Below, in pieces: positions 23,794 through 35,199 of a stretch of 64,000 bases of DNA. The DNA is from Amoebophrya sp. A120 (taxonomy: Eukaryota > Protista > Dinoflagellata). A model generated the notes under the pieces. The model saw nothing but the letters and a program-made list of their open reading frames with translations, ran no database searches and was not told the origin of the DNA. The translations under genes and the position numbers were made by a program. The stretch covers positions 3,428,265-3,492,264 of the forward strand of contig CAJINV010000007.1 in assembly GCA_905178155.1 (NCBI GenBank), given 5' to 3'. The first letter of the stretch is position 1, and the number at the start of each line of letters is the position of its first letter.

Positions 23794-26700
23794 ATGATGC
23801 AGGATCAACGGAATTTGTCACAACCAAGAAGTCGATCACGAGCAGGAGCTCGAAACCGAACGAAGGACCAGCATGTTCCACCACTTAGCGGAGATGTACC
23901 ACGTCAAGAGCATCACACGGCGGGACGACCACCACGAGAGAACCATCCACTGGACGATCCCAAGACGCGGTTCGAAATGGCTCGCTCCACACTTAATCCT
24001 TCCCCATCGACGTCCATGAAATTTCGCGGTCGCGCTCCCAGCCGGTCCCCGGGCGGCCTGATTGCAACCGGGGCGCGTTGCGGCGTGTACTTGCTGTCAG
24101 GTAGCGCTGTTCTCGTGAAAGCGCAGGGCGCGATCGATTCCGACGCAGCGCTGAGAGGAGGTGGCGAGACTGCGGATGATAGGACTGGCGGTCGCGATGT
24201 TCGCTCCTGGAGAAGTGACGAGATCGGCACGACGAGCACAACGAGGGCGGCTATGCCCACTTCATCTTTCACCGAAGATGGCGCAGCTCTCTCCCAAAAT
24301 GAACAGCTTGGAGGTGGATTGGACCGTCGTCGTGGGCAGGTTACTCGGCGGAAAAAGAAAAACCTTCGGGGCGCTGCTAAGCGAGTCGAGGAACACGACG
24401 AAAAATCAAACACCGCGGCGACGGTTCCTGCCGGATTGCTGCAGATTGGCACGAAGAAGGGGGCGGCTGTGAGAGAAAGTCAAATTTCGGACCAGTCGAG
24501 TGCACAAAATGATTTGGTGGAGGAAGCGGAAGGGGTGCCGGCGGATGGTGGCACGGCCGCAAACTCTGACGCATCTTCGAGCTCTTTCGCAGTGCGTCAT
24601 ATGGTACCTGCTCCTCGTCCTGAATCTCTTCCCCCTGTACTAGTACCAGCACGGCATGATCTCCAGCATATGGTACCTGCCCGTCAGGCATCAGAACCAG
24701 CACTAGTACCGTATTTTCGACCTCCAAGCCAACCCTTCAATTATTTGCAGAGTTCCAACAGTGGGTTAGTCGCCGCAGGACCACCAGCTCTACCACAACC
24801 AGCTCGTCCAGCTCCAGACCGTGTAATGCTTCCTGCTCCATTTCTACTTCCTACCGACGCAGCCCCGGGCGCTGCACTTGGTGCACCTCCTGCTGCGGTC
24901 GTGGTTCCACAACAGCCGCAGCAGGTTGTACAACTACAACCACTTCCTGCGGGCGCTCTTCTCGCACCTAATGGATTCGCGCCAGCGATTGCAGCAGCAC
25001 CTCCGTTTACTTTCACCGTCGATCCCGTAGACCAGTTGAAGCGGCTGATACAGGAACACTTTGAAAAGGAGATTATGCGGAAGTGGACACAGAACATCGA
25101 GAAGGAGGAACAGCAGAGGGTGCAGGAAGGAACGGACGACGAGCACGAAGATTTTACGGAGAGGCGGAGGTTCTACGAGAATAAAGTGAAACCCCATCTG
25201 TTGACTGATTTTTTTAGAAACAGTATCGTGCTTGCACAGGAAGAGCGCGATATTACCAACGGCAGGCCGTTGTATGTGACCGAGATCGGGTACGACGCCA
25301 CTAAAGATGACCAGCAACAGCAACCACGGGAACGTTTTACAATAGTGAAGGAATTGGGGCAAGGAGGTTATGGGGCTGTGTACGCCGTTCTGGGAACAAA
25401 GGCCACGGTAAGACATGACGGGACACAGACTACAGAAGCTCTGAAAGACATGGGCATTGAAAGCGGCGCCAAGGAAATCGTAAATCATCTTGTGGCAGAT
25501 TTTCTCACATCTGGCGTTTCAGAAGAAAATCAAGAAAGGGATTGTCTGCCAAAGCTCTGGAAAGTTCTCTGCTACAGCAACAAGCCAGGCAGAATCGCCT
25601 TTATGCATTACAATTATGTCTGCGTCTGGGATGATGCAAGTTGGTGATGCAGTCTTTCTGGTGTCGTCCTCGCACAACATCAATAAAAATCTGTCCTGCA
25701 CAACAAGCAGCACGATTTGCTGTCTCAATGTCACGCTAAAAGTTGTGATGTGAAGCATCATGATAGGCAACATTAAGGAGCCTCTTCAAAACCTGATATT
25801 TTGCATTGGCATGCATGGCAGACCATTTGCGTGATCAACAAAATGCATGGAGGATGACGGTAATTTTCGTACTGAGATTACACGTTGTATTTACTCCGAA
25901 AAATGCATGAATATGAAAAACACGCCCACTCGTCCAGACCCAGACATGTTGCTGGGTTATAGTCTTGGTGATGGAGCAATTTGCCGGAACAGTTGATGGC
26001 TTACTGACACAGGCTCTAGGCCAGCCGAAATGGGATGACTCTGTTGTGACAAAAATGAGCAACCGTCTCGGAAATGGGGGAGGACTCCCGATGAAGGGGT
26101 TGGCTCACATCGCGAGGTGCTTTGCGCAGTGGCACAAGCACGATTTTTTTCATGGAGACTTCCACGCTGATAATGTTGGGATGAAGCACAATGGGCAACT
26201 CATCATGCTGGACTTCGGCTACGCCCAGTAAACCACGTCAAACTTCTCGCAGAGTCTGGCATTCAATTTCTTTGTTTTGTGCCTCAGTTGCGTGATCTAC
26301 TCGTACTCGCCCACCTAGATTTTATTCTGAGCCCGCACACACCTATTGATTCTGTACTTTAAGTTCAAGTTTAACATTTTTCCTCATCTTTCCACGTCTT
26401 CACAACTTAGCATCCGGAGTAGGATGATCTGGAAGGGTTCATCTTTATTTATGTGTGTCCAAAGCGTGGCGGGCGCGGAAATTGAAGCAGAGAATCCTTG
26501 CTCCGGACTCGATGCCGCAAAAAAGGCAAAACAGAAACTAGCTGGGTAATAGAGTAAAACTAAAAGCTGCAACTGGGTCACTTGCTACTTTCCGGCTCTG
26601 CGTGCAGGACGACGAATTTTGCTGCCACAGATTCCTTTCGGGTATTGCAGACTTTCCGGACTATACGCAGATGTTTGCTATGCACATGAAGACTCTGGAG

Positions 26701-27353
26701 GTAGCCGTGCTGCCGCAGTTCCCACGCACTTCCAAGTCTTCTTCATGGATATAATCGTGATTTTTTTCTTTTTGAAGCATGATCAGGTTTCCAGTGACCA
26801 CCATTCTTGCATTTGAGTCACGCTCTCTTTGTATTATTTTTGATGACATTTTTGTCGAGCTCGAGATGAACAAGAAGAAGTAGGACGATGATACTCAGTG
26901 ACCGACACGGATGATATTGATGGTGGCGTGCGGTAGTTGTTCCGGGGCTGTGGCTTCGCGACTTAATTTTTCGTGGGCAGATTCTACGTAAGGCCATTCA
27001 ATGACCACATCATGGCGGGCTGGGCTTGGCCTCCCGAAGAAGCAAGTATTTTCGAAAATAACGGTAATCCGGCGGATGCTTACGAATCGCCGCGCAGGTG
27101 GAGTAAGCAGTTTGCAGGAAGGGTAATGGAGCGGGATGCCTTTGGCTTTGCGCTAATTGCGTACGGCTCGTATACATTTCGTCGTCCGGGTCCTCAAGGT
27201 GGTGGAAATGGTGCGCTCATCAATCCCGTTAAATTACCGCTAATACAATCCTGGCACACAAGCTTCCATGCTGGTCCGGGTGTTGCTCCTGCACAGATCC
27301 CCCCCCAGTCTCCATCATTTTCCTTTGACATGAGGCTGTTACCGACCAGATAG
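23794..27353 (+). CDS. Divergent Ser/Thr protein kinase with long low-complexity N-terminus (3' exons uncertain)
   Basis: ELGQGGYGAVY; after excising 25602-25961, RI[A/V]LVMEQF; HGDFHADNV and MLDFG in 25965-26227; probable activation-segment end GTTNFAATDS after GT-AG intron 26546-26607. The 3' end is not resolved. Confidence 0.7.
25602..25961. mobile_element. Introner-like element / non-canonical intron, TSD GCCTT/GTCTT
   Basis: TAT...ATA ends; subterminal ATGTCTGCGTCTGG pairs with CCAGACCCAGACAT (same core as the two MAPK elements); excision restores the kinase hinge motif. Confidence 0.85.
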
Positions 27354-29446
27354 GAAATTGAAACGCTTTGGTCGGCGGGTGTCCTGTGGATCTACTCGTG
27401 CTGCAATCATGTTCATGATATTTTTTTGGAACCCAAATATATTTATTTGGACTGCAAGGAGAAGCCTACTAGTACGGAGAGATTTAAGTAAATGTTATGT
27501 ACTTATACATCCACATACTATTACTAGTTTGCGCTTTGCGCTCCCGTCCCCGTGCGTGTTGCCGCCCTTCTGAGGTTCTCGCTAGATGCATACGGACGAG
27601 GGATAGTCATTGTGACTACACTTAGCTTGCACAAAAGGGGCCTAAAAAGGTACATACGAATGCCCGGCAGCACGAGCATGACCCAGTGTAGTCGAGACGC
27701 CTATTATGATTTTTTCTCACGCATATTGAAAGCCAGCATGCGGTCCGCAGCTCCACAGCGCGAGCGCTTATCGATAAAATACTCAGAGAAGAGAGCACGG
27801 AGGAATGGACAAAGTCTTGGAGTCTTGGCGCCAATCACGCAGATGCAGAAGATTTTCAGTATCGGATGAGAGTTCACATAATGAGAAACAGGGGTAGCTT
27901 TCCCGATTTTTTTTTGTTTTTAGACGAAAGGTAGAGGTAAAGTACACAAGGAGGAAAGCTGAAGCAGGTGTATCACCAGAGGTCTTGAAGAAGATGAAGA
28001 TGCTCTTCTGCAATTTGCATTCTCATTCTCGCAAAGTAAAAGCCTTTCATGCTCGTCATGGTCCCATATAATGGGATGAGATGATGCAAAACAGGCGAAG
28101 TAGGCATCATGATGCTAGGAATGTTCATGATGATTCATGTGGAATATGAGTGCTTGAGGCCGCACTTTGCGAAAGGAGACGTGCTCCTTTCGGGGGTGCG
28201 GCCGCGGCTCACGAATTTCATGTGACAATTACTGCAACCACTCTTTTCCTTCCGCACGTTTCTCCGGGAGGATGAAAGGCAACCCCACAGCATTTTGCAC
28301 TCCCATACGCCAAAGAGTCCGTGGTTTGACAAGAGCAGACTCTGTATCTGTGAAAGGGTTGCGACATCGCTGGGTGGCGACCGGTTGGCGGCGACCGTGG
28401 TCACGCGGCACCTCCTGGATGCTTTGGGTGACGAGCAGAACCGGCCACAGCTGCCCGATCTGGCAGGGGCGCTTGGGGCCGCAGCCGCCATCGAGAATCG
28501 TCCCGGAGTATCGTTGGCGCAACCCGCCTGTCTCTGAGTCTGATACTTGCGCGTAAAACTAAAAAGAAAAACAGTTCCGCAGCATGTTAACATAAGGCAT
28601 GTTAAAAAAGCTCCGATTCTTGAATTAGCAGGATTAGGATTAGCGCAGAAAGATCAACATAGGCTTTACCTACTTATGATGGAAGTAAACGCACCACACC
28701 GCAACATGATCACATGTCGTATGCAACCGTGTTAAGCACGACATGTGACCTCTTGCGCTGTTGCGAAACGGGTCACCCCTTGCAGCACAAGTAAAGGATC
28801 CAAATCGCAAAGAAGAGGTGTAAGCCCTGTGTTGCTGGGGTTGAAGAGAAAGAGACAGGAGGTTTGCTTTTTGATAATGAGGGGCAAATGGAGAGCCGGA
28901 GCCCTGCGAGTGCCGCTTCCAACGGTTTCTTGACGAGGATGACGAACAGAACCAGAAGCGCGAGGCCTGGTTGAAAAAACTTCTGGTACTTTAGTATCTT
29001 TACAGCTACAGGGACTTTTTTCTACAGAAAAGTAAAAGATACACAATTGTGGAGTCGCTTCTCATCTAGCATCTACTCCGTCAGCTGCAACGACTATGAC
29101 TTGATATCTATATACCACCTGAATGTCTATCGTGGTTCGGCTGCTGGTTTCAAAAATGAACCACTGCAAAAGCATTAACATTGTATGGCGTTTTTGTTTC
29201 GTCTAGCTCAGCGGCCGTTGAATGCGAGGCGAAGCTTGCTGCGCAGAATCCATCTTCATTTTGCATATGTGGGCTTTTCTGAGTCAGCATTGCGAAGATT
29301 GGTGTGACTCTCATCATGTATTCGTTCGCAATATTTGAAAAGAACTGCCTGGACAGAGACGCATGGATGGATCTCCTTCAAGCTCTGTTTGTTGATCTAC
29401 TAGACATAAGGAATCGGAATCTCTATGTTCACTATCACGAATACAG

Positions 29447-32400
29447 AAACGCGAACTCGATCGGGGCGGCTTGACCGATGCGCAGCAGAACATGCTTGAG
29501 GCAATGTTAGACCGTGTTGAACTCGACGACGGGAACGAGGAGTCCGACCAGCTGCAGTTCGATCCGCACGACCAGGACGACTCGATGGGACCAGTATCGG
29601 GAACAAAACCACAGCTAGATGGCAGAGAAGGCCCGAAGATGGCGCCAATGCCACTACAACCACCATCGAATCAGGCTACGCTACCTGGCGGGGGCGACCC
29701 AATGTTGGCGTCCACGACGCTACCGCAAGCGCCTCCGGCTCCGCTAGATGGCGGGGGCGACCAGATGTTTCCGTCAACGACGTTACCGCAAGCGCCTCCG
29801 GCTCCGCTAGATGGCGGGGGCGACCAGATGTTTCCGTCAACGACGTTACCGCAAGCGCCTCCGGCTCCGCTAGATGGCGGGGGCGACCAGATGTTTCCGT
29901 CAACGACGTTACCGCAAGCGCCTCCGGCTCCGCTAGATGGCGGGGGCGACCAGATGTTTCCGTCAACGACGCTTCCAGAAGCGCCTCCGGCTCCGCCACT
30001 TCGTGTGGGCGACCCGATGGGGTCAATGCCGCCACAAGCATCGCCGGGCCAGGCTGAACAAGATAAACGCCCGCTGCCGCCTCCACCGCCTTCGTCCTCT
30101 AGTGGGGTCGGCACGGCGACAGGGTCAGTGCTGCGACCATCAGCACCTCTGCCAAAGGATAGCGGAGGCGGCCCGATGCCGATGACGTCAATCTCCAGCG
30201 CGCCGCTACCAGTACCACCACCGCCGCCGGCTCCTCCACAGTCTGTTAGAAACGACATGGAAAACCCAATGGAGTCAATTCCACCGCAGCAACCACCTCC
30301 GCCGCCGCGAAGTATGAGTGGTGGAGGCGGGGGCCAACAACCAGCGCCAGATATTGGCGCAAACTCCCTTGAGCCGGCGGCCTTGAAAGACCCGTCGCTC
30401 TCACCACAACGCCCAAACAAGCCAAGTGGAGGCGGAGGGAGCAGCTCGATAGAACCACAAGCGCCGGTACCGCCACCGCCTCAAGCTCCTCCTGCTCCGT
30501 CCGTGACGCCACTGCCGGACCGGGGGCAACCTAGCGGGACCGGCTCGCCAGGGGCCCAGCCGTCGTTGATAAAGCCGCCGCTTCCACGACGTCGACCACC
30601 GGACGAGATGAAAGGTACAGAGGGCGGCGGCTCGTCCAGTATGCGGCCGCCCGCAACAAAGCCGTCACTTGCACCGCAGCCCCCGTTGGAGAAACTTCTC
30701 GCTATCGGGGAGCGCTCCTCCAGTACGGGGCCGCCCCCTGGCAAGGCGCCTGTTCCACGACAGGGCCAGGTAGAGCGTGTCGCGGACGGTGGGCCGCCCG
30801 GGCCACGACGTGGTGGGGTTGGTTCTACCGAAGATGCCAGTCCGGCAAGGCAGAGGGCAAGTTCACAACCGTCGCAGCCTAGTAGCCGCAACGGCCCGGC
30901 GACCAGTGCGCAGCAAAGCCTGGCTGAACCAAAAACAGTGTCGCGAGACACGCTCACGCGACAGCGTAGCGAGGACAGATCGAGGACCGATGCCCCGACA
31001 AGATTGCCCTCATCAAGTTCACCACCGCCGCGACATGATGGCGGACACGCCTCGGGCAGTGCGCTACGCTCATTACCACCTCGCGGACGTGGCGCCGGCG
31101 GCCTGACCGGTGCGTCGCTGCGCGCAGGGCAACGTGAACCACCACCGCGTGGAGAGCGTGGATTTGACGCCAGCGACACGATCGATGCGCCGCCGCGCTC
31201 GCGGCCAAGTTCGGTAAAACCAACACATCAAGATGAGGTTGGGCATGGCCATGGCAGTGGCGACCCTGCCGGTGCGCAGAAAGGCTTGATGGGGTCGCCG
31301 TCCCAAAAACCGCAACTACGTAGCGGGGGCGGCTTGATCGGTCCAAAGCCAAATATGATGGAGACGCCTCTTTCACGACCATCGGCCCAGCAAAAAAGTG
31401 TGGACGGCCCTCCAACCATTGCGAAGCCACGCTCGATGGGATCAGTGTCGCCGAACGCACCGTCGATACGTGACAGGGCTCGATCGACCGGCGCCCCAGC
31501 AAGCCGGAGGACAACTTCACAATCTTCACAACGATCGCAAGCTAATAGTAGCCGGAACGGCCCAGGAACGCGGGTGCAGCAAGACATGGCGGGGCCGAAA
31601 CACTTGTTGCCACGAGAGACGCCGCAACTTGACAGAGTCGGATCGACCGGCGTACCGGCAAGGTCGCCGCCAAGTTCACAACCACCGCAATTTGGACAGC
31701 GTGGGCGTAGTCCTCCTCCTCCCGCCCGCCCGAACGGAGCGGCGTCGCGCTCGGAGCAGAGCACATCACAACCACGTGAGCGTGGCTATGGCGATTCACC
31801 AAAAACAATACGGTCGGACTCGACACCACCACCGGACTGGCTTGGCCGTCGGGGTGGCGGCCCGTCCGCTGCGCGTGGCGGATTGGTGGGATCAAAAATG
31901 ACGCAGGTTGGAAAGCCGCCACAAGAAGAACGTATCCGGGATGGATCATCGCCCCCTCCGCGCCCGGCCTTGCGGATGTCGTCTCCATCACAACTGAACG
32001 AGCGTGGCCAGGTCGGCTCCCCCAGTGCTCGGCCGCGCTCCATGGCAGCGTCGCCGTCACGGCTGGCGCAGCAACAGAATGTTGGCGCCGGCCCGGCCGC
32101 TGCGCGGCAAGACCGGCCGAGGCCAAACGCGGCACGACCACCGTCGTTGCCGAGCCCGGCCAGTGTGCCGAAAGCCTTCTTGGCGGCGCCCGTGCCGCAA
32201 AAGCTGCCGCCCGGGAGCAGGGGTGGCTCGGAAATCGGCGCGAAGCAAGAACCGACGAGGCCAGCGTTGCCAAAACCGGCTTCACGTACTAGCAGCAGGA
32301 CCAGGGGCGGCTCGATCGGTGCGAAGGAAGGCTTGAACATGGGATCAAGACCAGCGTCACGGGAACCGCCACCACCTTCGAACCGGGGCGATGCGCAGCG

Positions 32401-33685
32401 ACCAGGCTTCATTGGCGCGTCAACTATTTCGCGAGCACCGTCGCAACCGGCCGGGCCGACAGGAGCGCCGGACCGATTGAGGACACGTTCACAACCACCG
32501 CACCGGAGCGGGGCCGGCTCCGTGGCCGGCGACGCGCCGAGACGCCTCGGGGCGAGTTCCCAAGCACCGCCCCGTAGCGGGGCCGGTTCCGGCGCTGGGA
32601 TCGGCGTGCCGCCGCGCTCACGCGCGAGTTCGCAAGAATCACGGAACCCTAGCGGGGCCGGCCCGACCGTAGCTGATGCGCAGCCGCGCTCAAGTGCAGC
32701 AAGTTCAGAAGCAACACGCCGTAGCACCAGTTCGAACGGCCCAATCCGTGCAGCGCCGGGCCCGGCGGGCCCCCCACCGTCTAGACGGGGCGGCCCAAAA
32801 ATGGGTGCACCGCCTCGCCCCGGGCCGCAGCGTTATGGAAATGGGAGCGGCCAGACAGATGCAGTGCCGGGCGCTGGGCCGCCCTCTCGACCGGCGACTG
32901 GTGCCGCGCCGCGCCCGGGGCCGCGGCGTAACGGCGACGGGGGCGGGGGCGGCTCAACCGGTGTGGCGCCGCAGTTGGGGAAGCCGTCATCTAGACCCGG
33001 CGGACCGGCGGCTGGTGCATCGCCTCGCCCCGTGTCGCAGCTTAACGGCAACGGCGGGGGCGACCAACGAGCCGTTGTAACGGCACGTTCGGGGTCCTCA
33101 CCTAGAAGACGTACAGCTACAGCAAAATCTCCAGCCCAATCCTTCACTGCCTTAAAAGCGACCCCAACAAAGCAGAATCCCAAACGGGCTGGCCGTGGCA
33201 GCTCGGCCCAGGCGGCTCGGCCGGGGCAGCGCAACCGGCTTCAGCGGTCGGCGCCTGGTGCGCAGCGCAGTGCAAGTCTAAGTTCTCGAGGGCGGCCACA
33301 AGAAGTAAGACCACATCCACGACTCCAACAACCCGCGTCCTTTGCTGAGCGCGAGGTCGACGATGCCGTCTCCCGGGCCCGACATATTGATGATCACCCC
33401 GATAGTGACACTTCCACAGCAGCTGCTAGTACAACTGATGACGCTCCTTCTTCTGCAGAGCAAGAGAACCGTTCTGGACTGGAGGGAGCGCAAGCAAAAC
33501 ACAATCTTGTGGACCGACTGATGGGTGCGCATGCGCAAGTTGCACAACATGACCGCGATGAAGCTACTACTACTAGTCTGCGAGAGCAGCACCGCACCAG
33601 CCCCAGCGCACCACAGGACGACTTGCGAAAGCGAGGATCAGGCGGATGGAAAAGCCGAGGCAGCAGAGGGCTTCTTGCAGTCTAA
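29447..33685 (+). CDS. Very large Pro/Gly/Ser/Arg-rich low-complexity exon (upstream exons unresolved)
   Basis: ORF of more than 1400 codons; a plausible acceptor ATACAG ending 29446 precedes KRELDRGGLTDAQQ; no recognisable domain. Confidence 0.7.
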   Translation, partial: KRELDRGGLTDAQQNMLEAMLDRVELDDGNEESDQLQFDPHDQDDSMGPVSGTKPQLDGREGPKMAPMPLQPPSNQATLPGGGDPMLASTTLPQAPPAPLDGGGDQMFPSTTLPQAPPAPLDGGGDQMFPSTTLPQAPPAPLDGGGDQMFPSTTLPQAPPAPLDGGGDQMFPSTTLPEAPPAPPLRVGDPMGSMPPQASPGQAEQDKRPLPPPPPSSSSGVGTATGSVLRPSAPLPKDSGGGPMPMTSISSAPLPVPPPPPAPPQSVRNDMENPMESIPPQQPPPPPRSMSGGGGGQQPAPDIGANSLEPAALKDPSLSPQRPNKPSGGGGSSSIEPQAPVPPPPQAPPAPSVTPLPDRGQPSGTGSPGAQPSLIKPPLPRRRPPDEMKGTEGGGSSSMRPPATKPSLAPQPPLEKLLAIGERSSSTGPPPGKAPVPRQGQVERVADGGPPGPRRGGVGSTEDASPARQRASSQPSQPSSRNGPATSAQQSLAEPKTVSRDTLTRQRSEDRSRTDAPTRLPSSSSPPPRHDGGHASGSALRSLPPRGRGAGGLTGASLRAGQREPPPRGERGFDASDTIDAPPRSRPSSVKPTHQDEVGHGHGSGDPAGAQKGLMGSPSQKPQLRSGGGLIGPKPNMMETPLSRPSAQQKSVDGPPTIAKPRSMGSVSPNAPSIRDRARSTGAPASRRTTSQSSQRSQANSSRNGPGTRVQQDMAGPKHLLPRETPQLDRVGSTGVPARSPPSSQPPQFGQRGRSPPPPARPNGAASRSEQSTSQPRERGYGDSPKTIRSDSTPPPDWLGRRGGGPSAARGGLVGSKMTQVGKPPQEERIRDGSSPPPRPALRMSSPSQLNERGQVGSPSARPRSMAASPSRLAQQQNVGAGPAAARQDRPRPNAARPPSLPSPASVPKAFLAAPVPQKLPPGSRGGSEIGAKQEPTRPALPKPASRTSSRTRGGSIGAKEGLNMGSRPASREPPPPSNRGDAQRPGFIGASTISRAPSQPAGPTGAPDRLRTRSQPPHRSGAGSVAGDAPRRLGASSQAPPRSGAGSGAGIGVPPRSRASSQESRNPSGAGPTVADAQPRSSAASSEATRRSTSSNGPIRAAPGPAGPPPSRRGGPKMGAPPRPGPQRYGNGSGQTDAVPGAGPPSRPATGAAPRPGPRRNGDGGGGGSTGVAPQLGKPSSRPGGPAAGASPRPVSQLNGNGGGDQRAVVTARSGSSPRRRTATAKSPAQSFTALKATPTKQNPKRAGRGSSAQAARPGQRNRLQRSAPGAQRSASLSSRGRPQEVRPHPRLQQPASFAEREVDDAVSRARHIDDHPDSDTSTAAASTTDDAPSSAEQENRSGLEGAQAKHNLVDRLMGAHAQVAQHDRDEATTTSLREQHRTSPSAPQDDLRKRGSGGWKSRGSRGLLAV
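29687..29997 (+). repeat. 63-bp coding tandem repeat, about 5 copies (GGGDQMFPSTTLPQAPPAPLD)
   Basis: Near-identical 63-bp units visible in both DNA and translation. Confidence 0.95.
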
Positions 33686-35199
33686 TGGCTGCGCCCAAGT
33701 TTTTGTTCTGTAAGGAATCATGTTTATGCCATGGCCTCTGTTGCTTCTTTGGAATGCAGCTGTCTATTTTGATATTTTCTGTGAACAAGAGGCGTAGGCG
33801 GCCTCAGAAAGTTCGCAATTTTGTTCTATTTTCTTTCTTGCTATTCCAAGTATTGATTTGATTTTTACGAATACAAACAGCGCGTGATGCAGTACAGACT
33901 GATTTTTACCAGGCACATAATTCGTGTATTTTATTTGTTTGAAGATTGTTTTGCATAGTCGAATCGTGCACTACTTTATTTTGTTCGCCAAAGAAAGGAA
34001 AATATGAATCATGTACAAAAAAGATGCTTTTCGTTGTCACATACACATACATCATACTTTCTCTCTTCGTAATTTTTCCAGAGCATTGAACGACATTGAC
34101 GCGAGGATTCAATCGATAACAAGGTGCTCTAAATCTAATGTCAGGGATGCGTTTAGTTTGAGTTTCGTTTCTGATTCTGCCATTTCGTTTCTTGCAACGG
34201 GTTCATTCCCGCACTCTCACATGGATGCATCAGTGTGAATCTACTAAACTTGTCCTCGTGGAGCGCCAATGTCATGTGGAGTGTTCGAGCGAAAAACCAA
34301 ACAGAAAAAGAAAAACCCAAATAAAGAGAAAGACCGCGCCCGGCTCGAAACCGAAAGAAGGACTAGCAAGCCTCTCGCTCGAAGGATCAAAATCCATTGA
34401 CGTTGAAAGTATTCCAATACAATGCACCACGAGCGAGTGCTTTTTCGACTAGCTACGTACAGTTGTGCAATTCGTGTGAAAACAAAAAGGAGGAGTCAAG
34501 GGAACCGCTCGTCACCCGAACAAGAATGTTTCCTGTGATGTAGAAGTCGTACAAAATAAGAAGCTTGCACGTACAGCAATCACCTGGGTGGCAGGTGGTA
34601 CAGGTTTGCGTTTCGGTCGTTGTACGGGACCATGTCCGCGTTGAAAGAGCTCTACCACGATGTCTCGTAGATGAAACCCTCGTTGTACCACGTCCACCGT
34701 TTTACTCCCCGTATCGATCCGTGCCCGATTATCGTTTTCGTACAAATTGTTGTGCAGCACTTCAGCTGTTGTACAACTCGTGGCCTCGTCCTGTCGATGT
34801 TGTGCTAGCCCCAGTTTTCTAACCCACCAAGAAGTCAACAACCACGTCAACAACGTCCATCAACAATAACACTGCTCCTTATCGACTACATCAACAAATT
34901 CTAACTCTCCAGCATCAAAAACCCTCTGTCGAGATTCTATCATTGATAGACTCGCTTCAAACTTACCTTTTCCAACTCCGTCTTTGCTTTTTAGCAACAG
35001 AAACAACCTTTTTTTTCCATCGCAGAAAATAAATCGAAAAACTCACCAAAAAATCTAGGCTTTTTAAGGAACAAACCAAACAACGAGTAGTTGAAGAGTT
35101 GTGAAATAACGGAACAACACAAGAGAGAATCAATTGTAAGAAGCTTTTGCTAACTCAAGGAAGTAGAAACCGAACTCGCACAAAACCAAACCCGAAAAG

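Noticed and set aside
29671-33234. Long minus-strand ORFs opposite GC-rich genes (also elsewhere, e.g. 35155-35820)
   Set aside because: Antisense shadows of GC-rich, low-complexity + strand coding sequence with no motifs.
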